Assembly (NCBI GenBank): GCA_964413565.1
Contig: CAYPSJ010000020.1
Location: forward strand, 2,947 to 66,946
DNA length: 64,000 bases
Direction of reading: 5' to 3'
DNA from: an uncultured Nitrosopumilales archaeon
Lineage (GTDB): Archaea > Thermoproteota > Nitrososphaeria > Nitrososphaerales > Gagatemarchaeaceae
Part shown: positions 19,406 through 28,683 of the stretch, in pieces
Layout of the letters: every line of letters begins with the position of its first letter
How positions within the stretch are numbered: position 1 is the first letter of the stretch
Position numbers and translations under genes: made by a program
The notes under the pieces: model-generated
Databases searched by the model: none
Told to the model about the DNA's origin: nothing
Seen by the model: only the letters and a program-made list of their open reading frames with translations

Positions 19406-19756
19406 TTGGCATTCCAAAGCGGTAGGAAGTACCGCTTGAAGCAGTTGGAGCCAGAGGGTCAAACTCCGCTTCCAAATTCAGAGCCTGATAGAGCGTTTGC
19501 TGCTCCATTCGGGCTGATTCCGCTCGCCGTACCATACGAAGACTCTCCTCCTGAGGCGAGAATACTGAATGCAGTTGCGGTCGGACTCGTAAGAGAGGGG
19601 AGGAACGATGTCGCTCTTGAGTTGGGAATACCGAAAGCTGACTTCACAAGAGCACTGCGTTCGCTGAAGAATGAAGGCGCAATATACGTCGGAGCTGGCG
19701 GAAGGTACAGACTCAGCTTCCACACTTCTAACTTCCCTAATATCGTCGCAAAGTAG
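19406..19756 (+). CDS. possible small winged-helix DNA-binding protein
   Basis: Non-ATG start in the ORF track. The C-terminal half ARILNAVAVGL...DVALELGIPKADFTRALRSLKNEGAIYV looks like a wHTH. It follows an AT-rich stretch with TTTAAAAG. Confidence 0.3.
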   Translation: MAFQSGRKYRLKQLEPEGQTPLPNSEPDRAFAAPFGLIPLAVPYEDSPPEARILNAVAVGLVREGRNDVALELGIPKADFTRALRSLKNEGAIYVGAGGRYRLSFHTSNFPNIVAK

Positions 19757-20075
19757 AACACCACTACAATTTCCAGTGAGTGTCGGCCACTCCAGAGGGA
19801 TTCTTTCCTGTCCCACGAAGAGGAAACTGTAACCCATCACAAGCTTTCGTGAAACGAAGGGGGATTTGGCAGGTTTCGCTCACGGGCTTCGCCCTACCGC
19901 CCCGAAATGGCTCCGCAAGAAAGGGTTAATATGACTATGAGAGGGAAAAATTCTGAGGGTTCCGGGCTTGGCCGTCGATAATGTTGGCGAAAACGAGGCT
20001 CGCCAGACTCTGGCCCCCGCGGTAAGTGCTCCGTCAAGCAACGTTGCCCGCCCTCGGAACAAGGGCGGTGATGTA

Positions 20076-21074
20076 GTGCTCGAGATCAAAGACCTCACTA
20101 TAGATTTCGTATCTGTTGACGGCAGAGTCAGAATCCTGAACGGGGTCTCTTTGATGGCGAAGAAGGGCGAGGTCGTAGGCATCGTAGGCGAGAGTGGCTC
20201 TGGCAAGACTACATTGGGTATGGCAATCCTAGGACTCTTGGACTCCCCACCTGCCCACATAGTCAGTGGAAGTATCACTTTTGAAGGCAGGGACCTTCTG
20301 AAACTCAAGTCATCAGAGATGGAGAAGATCCATGGTACTGGAATTAACATGGTCTTCCAAGAACCACTCGACTCCCTCAATCCGGTGTATACTGTCGAGA
20401 CTCAAATCGGTGAGGCATTGAAGGTTCAACGGAAAAGGCAAGACCCACCAGTACCACAGGAGTCAGAAGGAGATACAAAAAAGCTGATTACCGATCTGCT
20501 GAGGAATCTGTGCATCGATAAGCCGGAAGAGGTCCTAGAACGATATCCTCACGAGCTTTCGGGTGGAATGAGGCAGAGGGTAGCCATATCGATTTCAACC
20601 GTCGAGAAACCAAGACTGATGATCTCTGACGAGCCTACCACGGGTCTAGACGCCTATGTCCAGAGCAGGATTCTTGGAATGTTCAGCGCGCAGAGAAAGG
20701 CTGGTGAGACACTCTTGTACATTACACACGACCTGACCATCGCCTCTCAAATCTGCGACAGGATATACATCATGTACGCTGGAAGAGTGATGGAAGCTGG
20801 GGAAACGCGCGGTGTCCTCCAGGAACCGCTACATCCCTACACAAGCACCCTAGTTGCGTCGGTGCCCCAAGGATACGAGGACGCATCACCGTTGTCGGTT
20901 CAGCTGGGAGAGCCTCCCGACCTTAGGAATCTCCCGAGCGGATGCAAGTTCAATCCCAGATGTCCGCACGCAAAGGACGTTTGTAAGGAAACCGAGCCGA
21001 AACTGGACGAGATTTCCGCAGAGAGGTACGCGGCCTGTTGGAGGGTGGATAAGGAACTTGGGAAATTTAGTTGA
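20076..21074 (+). CDS. oligopeptide/dipeptide ABC transporter ATP-binding protein (OppD/DppD-like)
   Basis: Walker A GESGSGKTT and signature LSGGMRQR, with a C-terminal oligopeptide-type extension carrying Cys residues. Start is proposed at GTG 20076 (VLEIKDLTIDF), preceded by GGTGA; the ORF track begins at 19968. Confidence 0.8.
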   Translation: MLEIKDLTIDFVSVDGRVRILNGVSLMAKKGEVVGIVGESGSGKTTLGMAILGLLDSPPAHIVSGSITFEGRDLLKLKSSEMEKIHGTGINMVFQEPLDSLNPVYTVETQIGEALKVQRKRQDPPVPQESEGDTKKLITDLLRNLCIDKPEEVLERYPHELSGGMRQRVAISISTVEKPRLMISDEPTTGLDAYVQSRILGMFSAQRKAGETLLYITHDLTIASQICDRIYIMYAGRVMEAGETRGVLQEPLHPYTSTLVASVPQGYEDASPLSVQLGEPPDLRNLPSGCKFNPRCPHAKDVCKETEPKLDEISAERYAACWRVDKELGKFS

Positions 21075-22095
21075 GATAGAGAATCTCACCGTGGCCTTCA
21101 GGTCCAAGAGGCGAGAGGGTCTCTTTCGCAGCGGTCCTTCACTGAAGGCCCTCGACGACGTCTCGCTCACCATCGGCCAGAACGAAACCTTCGGGCTGAC
21201 CGGCGAAACAGGCTCGGGAAAATCCACCCTGGCCAAAGTCTTGGTGGGTTTGTACAGGCCGACGTCCGGGACCGTCAGGCTTCTGGGGCGGGAAATCGAT
21301 TACAAGAAGAGGAAGGATATCGCCTTCTTGAGACAGAACGTGGGCATAGTCTTCCAAGATCCTGTCAGATCTCTAAATCCGTCGCTGACGGTAAAGGAGG
21401 TCATAACAGAGGCACTTATCGCAGCGAAGTCGATACCTAAGAAGGATTACGATGAAAGAATCAACTTCATAACCAAACTTGTCGGAGTTACAAAGGACCT
21501 GCTCCCCCGCCGTCCCAGGGAGCTGAGCGGAGGTCAAAGGCAGAGGATCAGTCTGGCCAGAGCCTTGGTGGTGCCAAAGAAGCTCCTCGTGTTGGACGAA
21601 CCGACGAGCGCGCTCGACGTTTCAATCCAGGCGCAGGTCCTGAACACTTTGAAGAAGCTGAAGTCAGAGCTCGACATGTCATATCTTTTCATCACCCACG
21701 ACATCAACGTCATCAAGTACGTTAGTCACAGGCTCGGGGTCCTGTTCTACGGAAGACTGGTGGAGGTAGGAGACACACGGACCGTCGACACCGAACCAAA
21801 GCACCCCTACACCCAAAGCCTGATTTCCCACGTCCTCACACTCAGGAAAGTCGGGCTCCAAGAGACGGTCATCTCCGAGCACAGGCCCGCGCCTACCGGC
21901 TGTCGGTACCGCATAGTGTGTCCAGCTGCCTTCGAAAAGTGCGCAGAGGTGCCTAACTGGGTGAATCTCGGAGGCGACCATCTTGTCTCCTGCTTCCTCT
22001 ACGACCACTCGTCACAAAAGGAGAGCCGTGCCCTCATTCCAGCAGCTGCGGCCACTGGTGGCGATCTGCGTGTGCCTCCTCACGAACACTCGTGA
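21058..22095 (+). CDS. oligopeptide/dipeptide ABC transporter ATP-binding protein (OppF/DppF-like)
   Basis: Walker A GETGSGKST and signature LSGGQRQR. Start is proposed at TTG 21058 (xGNLVEIENLTVAF), overlapping the upstream stop. Confidence 0.8.
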   Translation: MGNLVEIENLTVAFRSKRREGLFRSGPSLKALDDVSLTIGQNETFGLTGETGSGKSTLAKVLVGLYRPTSGTVRLLGREIDYKKRKDIAFLRQNVGIVFQDPVRSLNPSLTVKEVITEALIAAKSIPKKDYDERINFITKLVGVTKDLLPRRPRELSGGQRQRISLARALVVPKKLLVLDEPTSALDVSIQAQVLNTLKKLKSELDMSYLFITHDINVIKYVSHRLGVLFYGRLVEVGDTRTVDTEPKHPYTQSLISHVLTLRKVGLQETVISEHRPAPTGCRYRIVCPAAFEKCAEVPNWVNLGGDHLVSCFLYDHSSQKESRALIPAAAATGGDLRVPPHEHS

Positions 22096-22136
22096 GAAAA
22101 CACTCCCCAGCCCATCGACCGCAGGATGCATGCCTT

Positions 22137-23042
22137 CTACTGGGATTTCGTTTCGAATTCTTTTGCAGGCTTGCTCCTTATCAAGATGTGAGGTCTGAGT
22201 TTGACGTCCAACGACTCCCTGATTCCTTCTCCCAGGAAGCTGAATCCCGCTACAATCACGGCCACAACCACAGCGGGTATGATGATCTGATACGGGTACA
22301 AGAAGAGATTGTAGGTGACATTGGACACCATCATCCCGAGCTCTGGCGCGGTTGGGGGTATTCCCACGTTCAGGAAGCCAAGGGTCGACAGAGTCAGGAG
22401 CGCAGACCCAACATCGAAGGTTGCATACACGAGAATCGTGGGGAGGACGTTAGGAATGGCATCCTTTCTGACTATGTAGAAGAAGGACGAGTTCAACGCC
22501 TTCGATATCGACACGAAATCTTCCGCAGCGATTGCAAGAACTCCTCCCCTCACCAATCTTACGTACGGTGGCCACCAGACGATGATCATGGAGAAGGTGA
22601 CGTTCAATAGGCTGGGGCCCAGGGTCGCAGCGATAGCCATGGCCATGATCATGGTGGGGAAGGCCATGAACAGGTCAGTCAGCCTCATTAGCACCTCATC
22701 CAACCACCCTCTGAAGAAAGCGGCCAGGGTACCTAGGATGATTCCTATGGCTGCCGAGAGAGCCACGGTTATGATTGGGATGCCTACGTCGATTGGGAGA
22801 GCGGTTATCACCCTGGAGAGCATGTCTCTTCCCAGAAGGTCTGTTCCAAACGGATGTGAAAGAGACGGAGCGAGATTCGCTTGACCAAAGCTGGGCTGGT
22901 AGGCGCTGTAAGGAAGGATCGCACCGGAGCTTGCAATCTGAGCCAAAGTGACGACCAAGAAGATTGAAACCGTCACAAGCCCGAACATGGAGAGTGAGTT
23001 GGAGGTGATGAGTTTCCTCATGCTAGCAGCTCCAGTGCTCAA
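22137..23042 (-). CDS. peptide ABC transporter permease (OppC/DppC-like)
   Basis: 301 aa, 6 TM, with a binding-protein-dependent transport EAA-like region. It overlaps the upstream permease by 4 nt. Confidence 0.8.
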   Translation of the reverse strand: MSTGAASMRKLITSNSLSMFGLVTVSIFLVVTLAQIASSGAILPYSAYQPSFGQANLAPSLSHPFGTDLLGRDMLSRVITALPIDVGIPIITVALSAAIGIILGTLAAFFRGWLDEVLMRLTDLFMAFPTMIMAMAIAATLGPSLLNVTFSMIIVWWPPYVRLVRGGVLAIAAEDFVSISKALNSSFFYIVRKDAIPNVLPTILVYATFDVGSALLTLSTLGFLNVGIPPTAPELGMMVSNVTYNLFLYPYQIIIPAVVVAVIVAGFSFLGEGIRESLDVKLRPHILIRSKPAKEFETKSQ

Positions 23043-24088
23043 CCCTCTGAACCTCCCCCCTCTCCCAGGGCGATTCGAGGATCAAGCAGCGAGTAGAAGA
23101 CATCAGCTATGAAATTTGCAACAATTACCCCCAGTGTGAAGAGCAGAACGCATGGGACTAGGACGGGATAGTTTATGGAGACTATCGCCTGGTATGTGAA
23201 GTAACCTATTCCAGGCCACGCAAAGATCTCTTCTATGACGATGGTCCCAGATAGCAGGAACCCAAACGTCACCGCTATGATGGTGTTCGTATCTATCAGA
23301 GCGTTTCTCAGAATGTGGTTCCTCCTCACCTCTCCCTCCGCCATTCCCTTGGCACGCGCTGCTTTCACATGCGTAGACCATCTCGCGTTCAATATCGACG
23401 ATCGCATTATCCTCGCTACTAGCCCGAAGTCGAGCAGTGCCAGAACAGCAGCGGGCATGAAGACGTGCTGGAGGCCAGACAGGAACGCGGGCCCGTTCAA
23501 CTGGATCAGCGCGTCCAAGATATAGATTCCAGTGATGTGGGCGGGTTGGTTTGCCAGGGTCAGCGAGTACATGCCGCCGGACGGGAAAAGTGGAATGTAA
23601 CTCGAGAAGACAAGTATCGCAAGAAAACCTCCGAGGTAATAGGGAGAGGACCATGTGGCAAGGTAGAAGATTCGTATCGCATGGTCTACCTTAGTGCCAA
23701 AGTGCATCCCCGCGAAGTAGCCTGACGCCACCCCGAGGACTGCTATCATTACCATGGAGACAAGGACTAGCTCGAGTGTGTTTGGGAAATAGAATGCCAT
23801 CTCCGAAATGATGGATTTCCCAGTCTGCGGGTCGACGCCTAGATTGCCCGTCACATACGACTGGAGGAAGTAGTAGAGCTGAACGTACCAGGGCTGGTCT
23901 AGGTGATACCTGGCTACGACGGCCGCTATGGTCGACTTGCTTGCCCTTGCCCCTGCCCACAGGTGTGCGGGATTAGGATTAAGGATGTACGAGATGAAAA
24001 AGACTAACAGCATGGCGCCGATCAGGACGCCAATCGCACCAAGGACTCTCCTCCCGAGGTAGGGGAGGAAGTCTCTTAGAGCGATCAT
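23039..24088 (-). CDS. peptide ABC transporter permease (OppB/DppB-like)
   Basis: 349 aa. N-terminal YLGRRVLGAIGVLIGAMLLVFFI and ARAKGMAEGEV are typical of OppB. Confidence 0.8.
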   Translation of the reverse strand: MIALRDFLPYLGRRVLGAIGVLIGAMLLVFFISYILNPNPAHLWAGARASKSTIAAVVARYHLDQPWYVQLYYFLQSYVTGNLGVDPQTGKSIISEMAFYFPNTLELVLVSMVMIAVLGVASGYFAGMHFGTKVDHAIRIFYLATWSSPYYLGGFLAILVFSSYIPLFPSGGMYSLTLANQPAHITGIYILDALIQLNGPAFLSGLQHVFMPAAVLALLDFGLVARIMRSSILNARWSTHVKAARAKGMAEGEVRRNHILRNALIDTNTIIAVTFGFLLSGTIVIEEIFAWPGIGYFTYQAIVSINYPVLVPCVLLFTLGVIVANFIADVFYSLLDPRIALGEGGGSEG

Positions 24089-24101
24089 TGCTGATCTCTC
24101 G

Positions 24102-26045
24102 CTAGCTTGTGTAGCTTATGGTGTTGTAATACAGGAAATAGCCCATACCTGACCCTGCAGGATTCGGAATTATGCCCGTGACGCTGTTAGCCGTTACAGC
24201 CATGAATTCAGGGACATAGAGCCAGATGTCTGTGTAGTTCTGGTACATATCCTGCGTTATGCTGTGAAACGCCTCGATTATTGTTGAACTATTCAGCGCT
24301 GTTGAAGCCTGGGTGGTCCAATTGATGACCTGAGGGTCTACGTAGGTGCTCGATCCTATATCATTGGTGCCTGTGAAGTAGTAAACGTAGTCTATGCTCG
24401 CCGTGTAGTCCTCACTGTAGTAGCCAAATCCCATTGGAGGGACACCTGTGGTCTGGTTTGAGGAATCGATGTCTGTCGCATACTGCCTGAAGGGCAAGGC
24501 CGTCAATGCAGTTGGTATCCCAATTGAACCCAAATTACTGCTTATGATTTCAGCGGCCCCCTGGTCCGTGGGATTGTCAGAATCGTACAGGAACGGGACA
24601 GTCGGAAACTGCTTCCCGCCCGGATTGAGAGTGGTCCCGTTGGGCAGGTGCGATACGAACCCGGCCTGGGCGAGTGAGACTGCTGCTTGGACCGGGTTGT
24701 ACTGATACGGGCTCAGCCCCGCTGTCGATTCGTTGTAATACTGGAAGCCCGGAGGAACAGGGCCAACCCACTGCTGGGCATGGCCGTTAAAGACTATCCG
24801 AATGATATCCTGGTAGTCTATGGCATTGGCTATCGCCTTCCTGACATCGAGATTACTGAAGAGGGGGAAAGTCGTAGTGTCCATGTACAAATAGTGAACG
24901 TCTTCTGACGAGCCAAAGACGATTGGGAGAACAGTCGTCGTGACTCCGGAGATGGGTGCCGTGACGTTGTAGTAAGTGACCGGGACACTAATCATCTGAA
25001 CCGTTCCCGCCCTAAGATCGGCAATGCTCGTAGCCGAGTCCTTGTAGTAGATGACTATTCTATTGAGAATCGCCGGAGCGATGGCGTTGTTCAGTTGCGA
25101 CTTCGGAAGGCTGTTCGCCCAGTAATTCGGATTCTTCACCAAGCTCACACTCTGTCCCAGCACCCAGGATTGCAGTTCATAGAATCCGGTGCCAAGCGCA
25201 TTGGTCGTCATGTAATCGTTCTCAACATCTGCATGCACCCCTCCATGGCTAAACACGAAAGCTGGGTCGACAGCATACGCCATTGGAGTTACGAGCGTCG
25301 CAAGGAATGCGGAGTAGGGCGCGGGTCCGTTGTAGCCATAACCTAGGTTGAACTGAATTGCGGACGCATTCAGAACGACGACCGACTGTTCGGGGTTGCT
25401 CATAACGGTAAGATTGCTGGCCGACGGATTGAAGTAGTTGATTGAATTCAACATTGAGTCCGTCACATTGAACGTCACTCCATTACCGGCAGCGAGGTTC
25501 TGGCTTAGGATCCAAGTTGGTGACTGGTCCATCACTATAGTCCTGTAGACGGAGTACCACATGACGTAGGCATTGAACGGATCACCGTTGCTGAAAGTCA
25601 CGTCGGGTCTTAGTTCGAACGTGTAATTCATACCGTTGGGCGAGGTGGTCCACGCACTTGCGAGCACACCCTCGTAGGTTGTGTAGCTGCTGCTATTGTA
25701 CGTCAGAAGGCCTTGATAGATCTGCTCGACAATTTCCCAGCCGGACGTCTCGTACGTCACGGCAGGATCCAAATAATCAGGCTCGGTCAACTCGTCTACT
25801 TGGAGCGAGGTCTTTGTCGGAGTGGTCTGTGACGTAGTTGTCGTAGACGACGTGGACGAAGTGGTGGAACTCGAAGTCGTAGAACTTGACGTCGTGGAAC
25901 TCGACGTGGTAGAACCTGTCGATGTCGTAGAGCTCTTGCTTGATACAAGACCGAAGTAGATACCAGCCGACGCAACTAGAATAATTACTATTAACACAAC
26001 CCCGAGAATCGTCCTTGAAACTGCTCTCTTTCGAAGAGGTTTCAA
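24102..26045 (-). CDS. ABC transporter substrate-binding protein, family 5 (peptide/nickel), membrane-anchored via N-terminal TM and Ser/Thr linker
   Basis: 647 aa with an N-terminal TM helix, a 46-residue S/T tract, then an SBP_bac_5-like body (LDPAVTYETSGWEIVEQIYQGLL). Confidence 0.8.
   Translation of the reverse strand: MKPLRKRAVSRTILGVVLIVIILVASAGIYFGLVSSKSSTTSTGSTTSSSTTSSSTTSSSTTSSTSSTTTTSQTTPTKTSLQVDELTEPDYLDPAVTYETSGWEIVEQIYQGLLTYNSSSYTTYEGVLASAWTTSPNGMNYTFELRPDVTFSNGDPFNAYVMWYSVYRTIVMDQSPTWILSQNLAAGNGVTFNVTDSMLNSINYFNPSASNLTVMSNPEQSVVVLNASAIQFNLGYGYNGPAPYSAFLATLVTPMAYAVDPAFVFSHGGVHADVENDYMTTNALGTGFYELQSWVLGQSVSLVKNPNYWANSLPKSQLNNAIAPAILNRIVIYYKDSATSIADLRAGTVQMISVPVTYYNVTAPISGVTTTVLPIVFGSSEDVHYLYMDTTTFPLFSNLDVRKAIANAIDYQDIIRIVFNGHAQQWVGPVPPGFQYYNESTAGLSPYQYNPVQAAVSLAQAGFVSHLPNGTTLNPGGKQFPTVPFLYDSDNPTDQGAAEIISSNLGSIGIPTALTALPFRQYATDIDSSNQTTGVPPMGFGYYSEDYTASIDYVYYFTGTNDIGSSTYVDPQVINWTTQASTALNSSTIIEAFHSITQDMYQNYTDIWLYVPEFMAVTANSVTGIIPNPAGSGMGYFLYYNTISYTS
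25806..25943 (-). repeat. coding low-complexity Ser/Thr tract with imperfect tandem nucleotide repeats
   Basis: Encodes SSKSSTTSTGSTTSSSTTSSSTTSSSTTSSTSSTTTTSQTTPTKTS. An imperfect roughly 30-nt unit (gtggaactcgaagtcgtagaacttgacgtc / gtggaactcgacgtggtagaacctgtcgat) is tandemly duplicated. Confidence 0.8.
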
Positions 26046-26213
26046 TACGACCAGGAACTAGAATTTAGCCTCCTACAGTATTTACGCGTTTGGCCAAATC
26101 TAGCGGTGATACAGAAATCACTATAGTAGAGCGTTTTCGGAAGTCTCTACCTTGCTGACGAAGTCAGCCGGACAGGTCCCGATGGTCCAGCCACTTCATA
26201 GGATCCGCGCGGC

Positions 26214-27386
26214 TCATTCGCCGTTCTGAATCTTCGTAGTTTCCGTCCGAGATACGTGTGTGTCGACCCCGTTAAGGCCGAGTTCCCTAAGTATTGGAAG
26301 TGGGTCCAGGCACTCTGGGGGGAGAACCCCTTTCTGCCTTATCTTCCCTTCCGCCAACATTCTCACGAATACGGCTGGCACGACTCCGGTAAGGAATGAC
26401 GTCCCGTTCTCGTGCAACGTCCTGTAGGAACCCTCATGTGAAGCCATGGTGCTTAGCTTGTAGGCCACGTCCGTGCCTCCGTTCCTCCCTTTTACCTCTA
26501 CCACAATACCGGTGTTACCCTTTACCGTTTTCGAAACGGATACTGGCGTTGGAATCACTGAATTGAGCAGTTCCATGGGCGCTACCTTCGAGCCTCTGAT
26601 CTCGACGGGCTTTGTTTCAAGCAGCCCCACCTTCTTCAGGGTAAGCAGAGCAGAGACAAATTCATCCGCCAGGGCGAGTTTGAAGTCCACGTACTTGACG
26701 CCTTTTCCAATGTATTCTGGTAGTGTCATGACTTCCTCGTGGTCAACGAGGTAGACAGGCTGCGCTCCAATCGGCTCGGGAAACTCGTACATCTCCTTCC
26801 CGCTCAGGGAGGGAGAGGACACTCTCCTTCCGTCCACGAAGGTGCGCGGGGAATCGAGAATCTCGGAAAAGAAGACCTCCGGGGAGAAGAGTAACATGAA
26901 ATCGTACTTGGAACTTGAGGAGTTCTCTCCGTCTCTGACCCTGATCTCTTCGACCGTCGTCAGTCTGTCCGCTGCGTACCTTGCGTAGATGTTTGATAGT
27001 CCCGGGTCCTCGCCCAGGCCGGGGACGGCGAGCAGTCCCGATTCTTTCCAGGCCTTGTCCTGGGCAAGTTGTTCGATGAGCCCGTTGCCTGCTAGGTCGA
27101 CGTAGTTCGCACCGTTCGCGAGAGATAGGTCCATCATCTGATGGTTGAATCTGGGATGGCCTGCGTTGATTACTGCGTCCTTGCCCTCGATGACGGCTTC
27201 CAGCTCTTCTTTGTTATTTGCATCGATTTTCACGACTCTAGTCCTGCCGGGTGACAACTTCGCTATCTCGAGGGCATGCGCAGTGTTCTTGTCAGCCATG
27301 GTCACGGACTCGATTGCCTTGCCTTCGAGAAGAACCTGTGCAATTACGGAGCCTACTGCGCCCAGCCCAAGGACCAGGGCCTTCAC
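26214..27386 (-). CDS. saccharopine dehydrogenase-family protein (paralog 1 of a divergent pair)
   Basis: MKALVLGLGAVGSVIA Rossmann start, then GEDPGLSNIYARYAADRLTTVEEIRVRDGE. Confidence 0.75.
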   Translation of the reverse strand: MKALVLGLGAVGSVIAQVLLEGKAIESVTMADKNTAHALEIAKLSPGRTRVVKIDANNKEELEAVIEGKDAVINAGHPRFNHQMMDLSLANGANYVDLAGNGLIEQLAQDKAWKESGLLAVPGLGEDPGLSNIYARYAADRLTTVEEIRVRDGENSSSSKYDFMLLFSPEVFFSEILDSPRTFVDGRRVSSPSLSGKEMYEFPEPIGAQPVYLVDHEEVMTLPEYIGKGVKYVDFKLALADEFVSALLTLKKVGLLETKPVEIRGSKVAPMELLNSVIPTPVSVSKTVKGNTGIVVEVKGRNGGTDVAYKLSTMASHEGSYRTLHENGTSFLTGVVPAVFVRMLAEGKIRQKGVLPPECLDPLPILRELGLNGVDTHVSRTETTKIQNGE

Positions 27387-27482
27387 GCTAAATCGAGGTG
27401 GACCTCCGCCTGGGCTTAATACACGAGCCCTCTAAGGGCTTAGGGTCAAGAGTTATAGTCGCTCTGGCGGGGCGGCCGCCTC

Positions 27483-28652
27483 ATGGACGTTCTAGTTGTC
27501 GGCGTTGGATCGGTTGGCTCGGTAATAGCTCAGTACCTTCAGCAAGACAGCTCTATTGGTTCTCTCACCTTAGCAGACAAGGACGTTTCTCGAGCGCGCA
27601 GCATTGCGGGGAAGCGCGGAAAGACGAAGGTGGAGGCTGTCAGAATAGATGCCAGCGAGCCTAAGCAGCTAGAAAGACTTATGGAGGGAAAGGGCATCGT
27701 CGTAAACTCTGGCCATCCCATTTTCAATGAACCTCTGATGCGACTCTCTAAGGAACTCGGCATCGCCTATGTCGACCTTGCAAGCAGCAAGATGAAGGAT
27801 CAGCTGGCTCAAGACAAAGAGTTCCGAGAAGCGAACACTCTCGGTGTCGTTGGGATGGGAGAAGACCCCGGCCTTTCGAACATCTACGCAAGGTACGCAG
27901 CGGACAGACTGACGACGGTCAAGGAAATCAAGGTGCGAGATGGAGAATTCTCTGTGAGCAAGCTGCGGGGCTTCGTGCCCCTCTTCTCCCCGGAGGTCTT
28001 CTTTGAGGAGGTCCTTACGGAAGCCATCATTTTCGCTGACGGCAAAGTCAAGCACCTCGCACCCATGAGCGAGAGAGAAGTGTACGACTTTCCACCACCA
28101 ATGGGGAGACAGACGGTCTACGCATTGGAACACGAGGAGGTGCAGACACTACCATACTACATCAAGAAAGGCGTCCAGTATGTGGACTTCAAACTGGCCC
28201 TCTCTGACGAGTTCGTCAGCAACGTAAACCTTCTCAAGGAACTAGGACTGCTCAGCACGAAGCCTGTCAATGTGAAAGGAACACACGTCCGACCCTTCGA
28301 TGTCTTCATAGCGACCCTCCCTATCCCTGTCTCAGTCGCTTCCGCACTGAGCGGTCACGCGGGCATATCCGTGGAGGTGAGCGGGATTTCTCGCGGGAGA
28401 GAGACCAAATACACTCTGAGCACCCAGATGTCTCATGAGGAAGCATACAAGAGGTTCAAATCGAACGCAACGTCCTTCCTCACCGGAATAGTGCCAGCAG
28501 TGTATGTCTCGACCTTCGCCAAAGGCAAGATCAAGCAGAAGGGAGTCATCCCAGCTGAGATGTTGGACGCAGACCTGATGCTTGGCGAGCTGTCAAAGGC
28601 AGGCGTCAGGACGAGCTTGTCGAAGTCCGCAGAGGAAACAATCGCCAGCTGA
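27483..28652 (+). CDS. saccharopine dehydrogenase-family protein (paralog 2 of a divergent pair)
   Basis: MDVLVVGVGSVGSVIA, then GEDPGLSNIYARYAADRLTTVKEIKVRDGE. It is collinear with the neighbour along its full length. Confidence 0.75.
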   Translation: MDVLVVGVGSVGSVIAQYLQQDSSIGSLTLADKDVSRARSIAGKRGKTKVEAVRIDASEPKQLERLMEGKGIVVNSGHPIFNEPLMRLSKELGIAYVDLASSKMKDQLAQDKEFREANTLGVVGMGEDPGLSNIYARYAADRLTTVKEIKVRDGEFSVSKLRGFVPLFSPEVFFEEVLTEAIIFADGKVKHLAPMSEREVYDFPPPMGRQTVYALEHEEVQTLPYYIKKGVQYVDFKLALSDEFVSNVNLLKELGLLSTKPVNVKGTHVRPFDVFIATLPIPVSVASALSGHAGISVEVSGISRGRETKYTLSTQMSHEEAYKRFKSNATSFLTGIVPAVYVSTFAKGKIKQKGVIPAEMLDADLMLGELSKAGVRTSLSKSAEETIAS

Positions 28653-28683
28653 GCCTTACAAATAGCGATGCCCGGGAAGCCGA

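Noticed and set aside
25806-25943. Short tandem nucleotide repeats that at first glance look like an array
   Set aside because: They lie inside the substrate-binding protein gene and encode its Ser/Thr linker. There are no spacers and no repeat-spacer periodicity, so this is not a CRISPR array.
27387-27482. Small palindromes (GAGGT-GG-ACCTC and GCCCT-CTA-AGGGC) in the spacer between the divergent saccharopine-dehydrogenase paralogs as operators
   Set aside because: Five-bp arms are expected by chance in GC-rich DNA. Without conservation data they are not worth a feature call.
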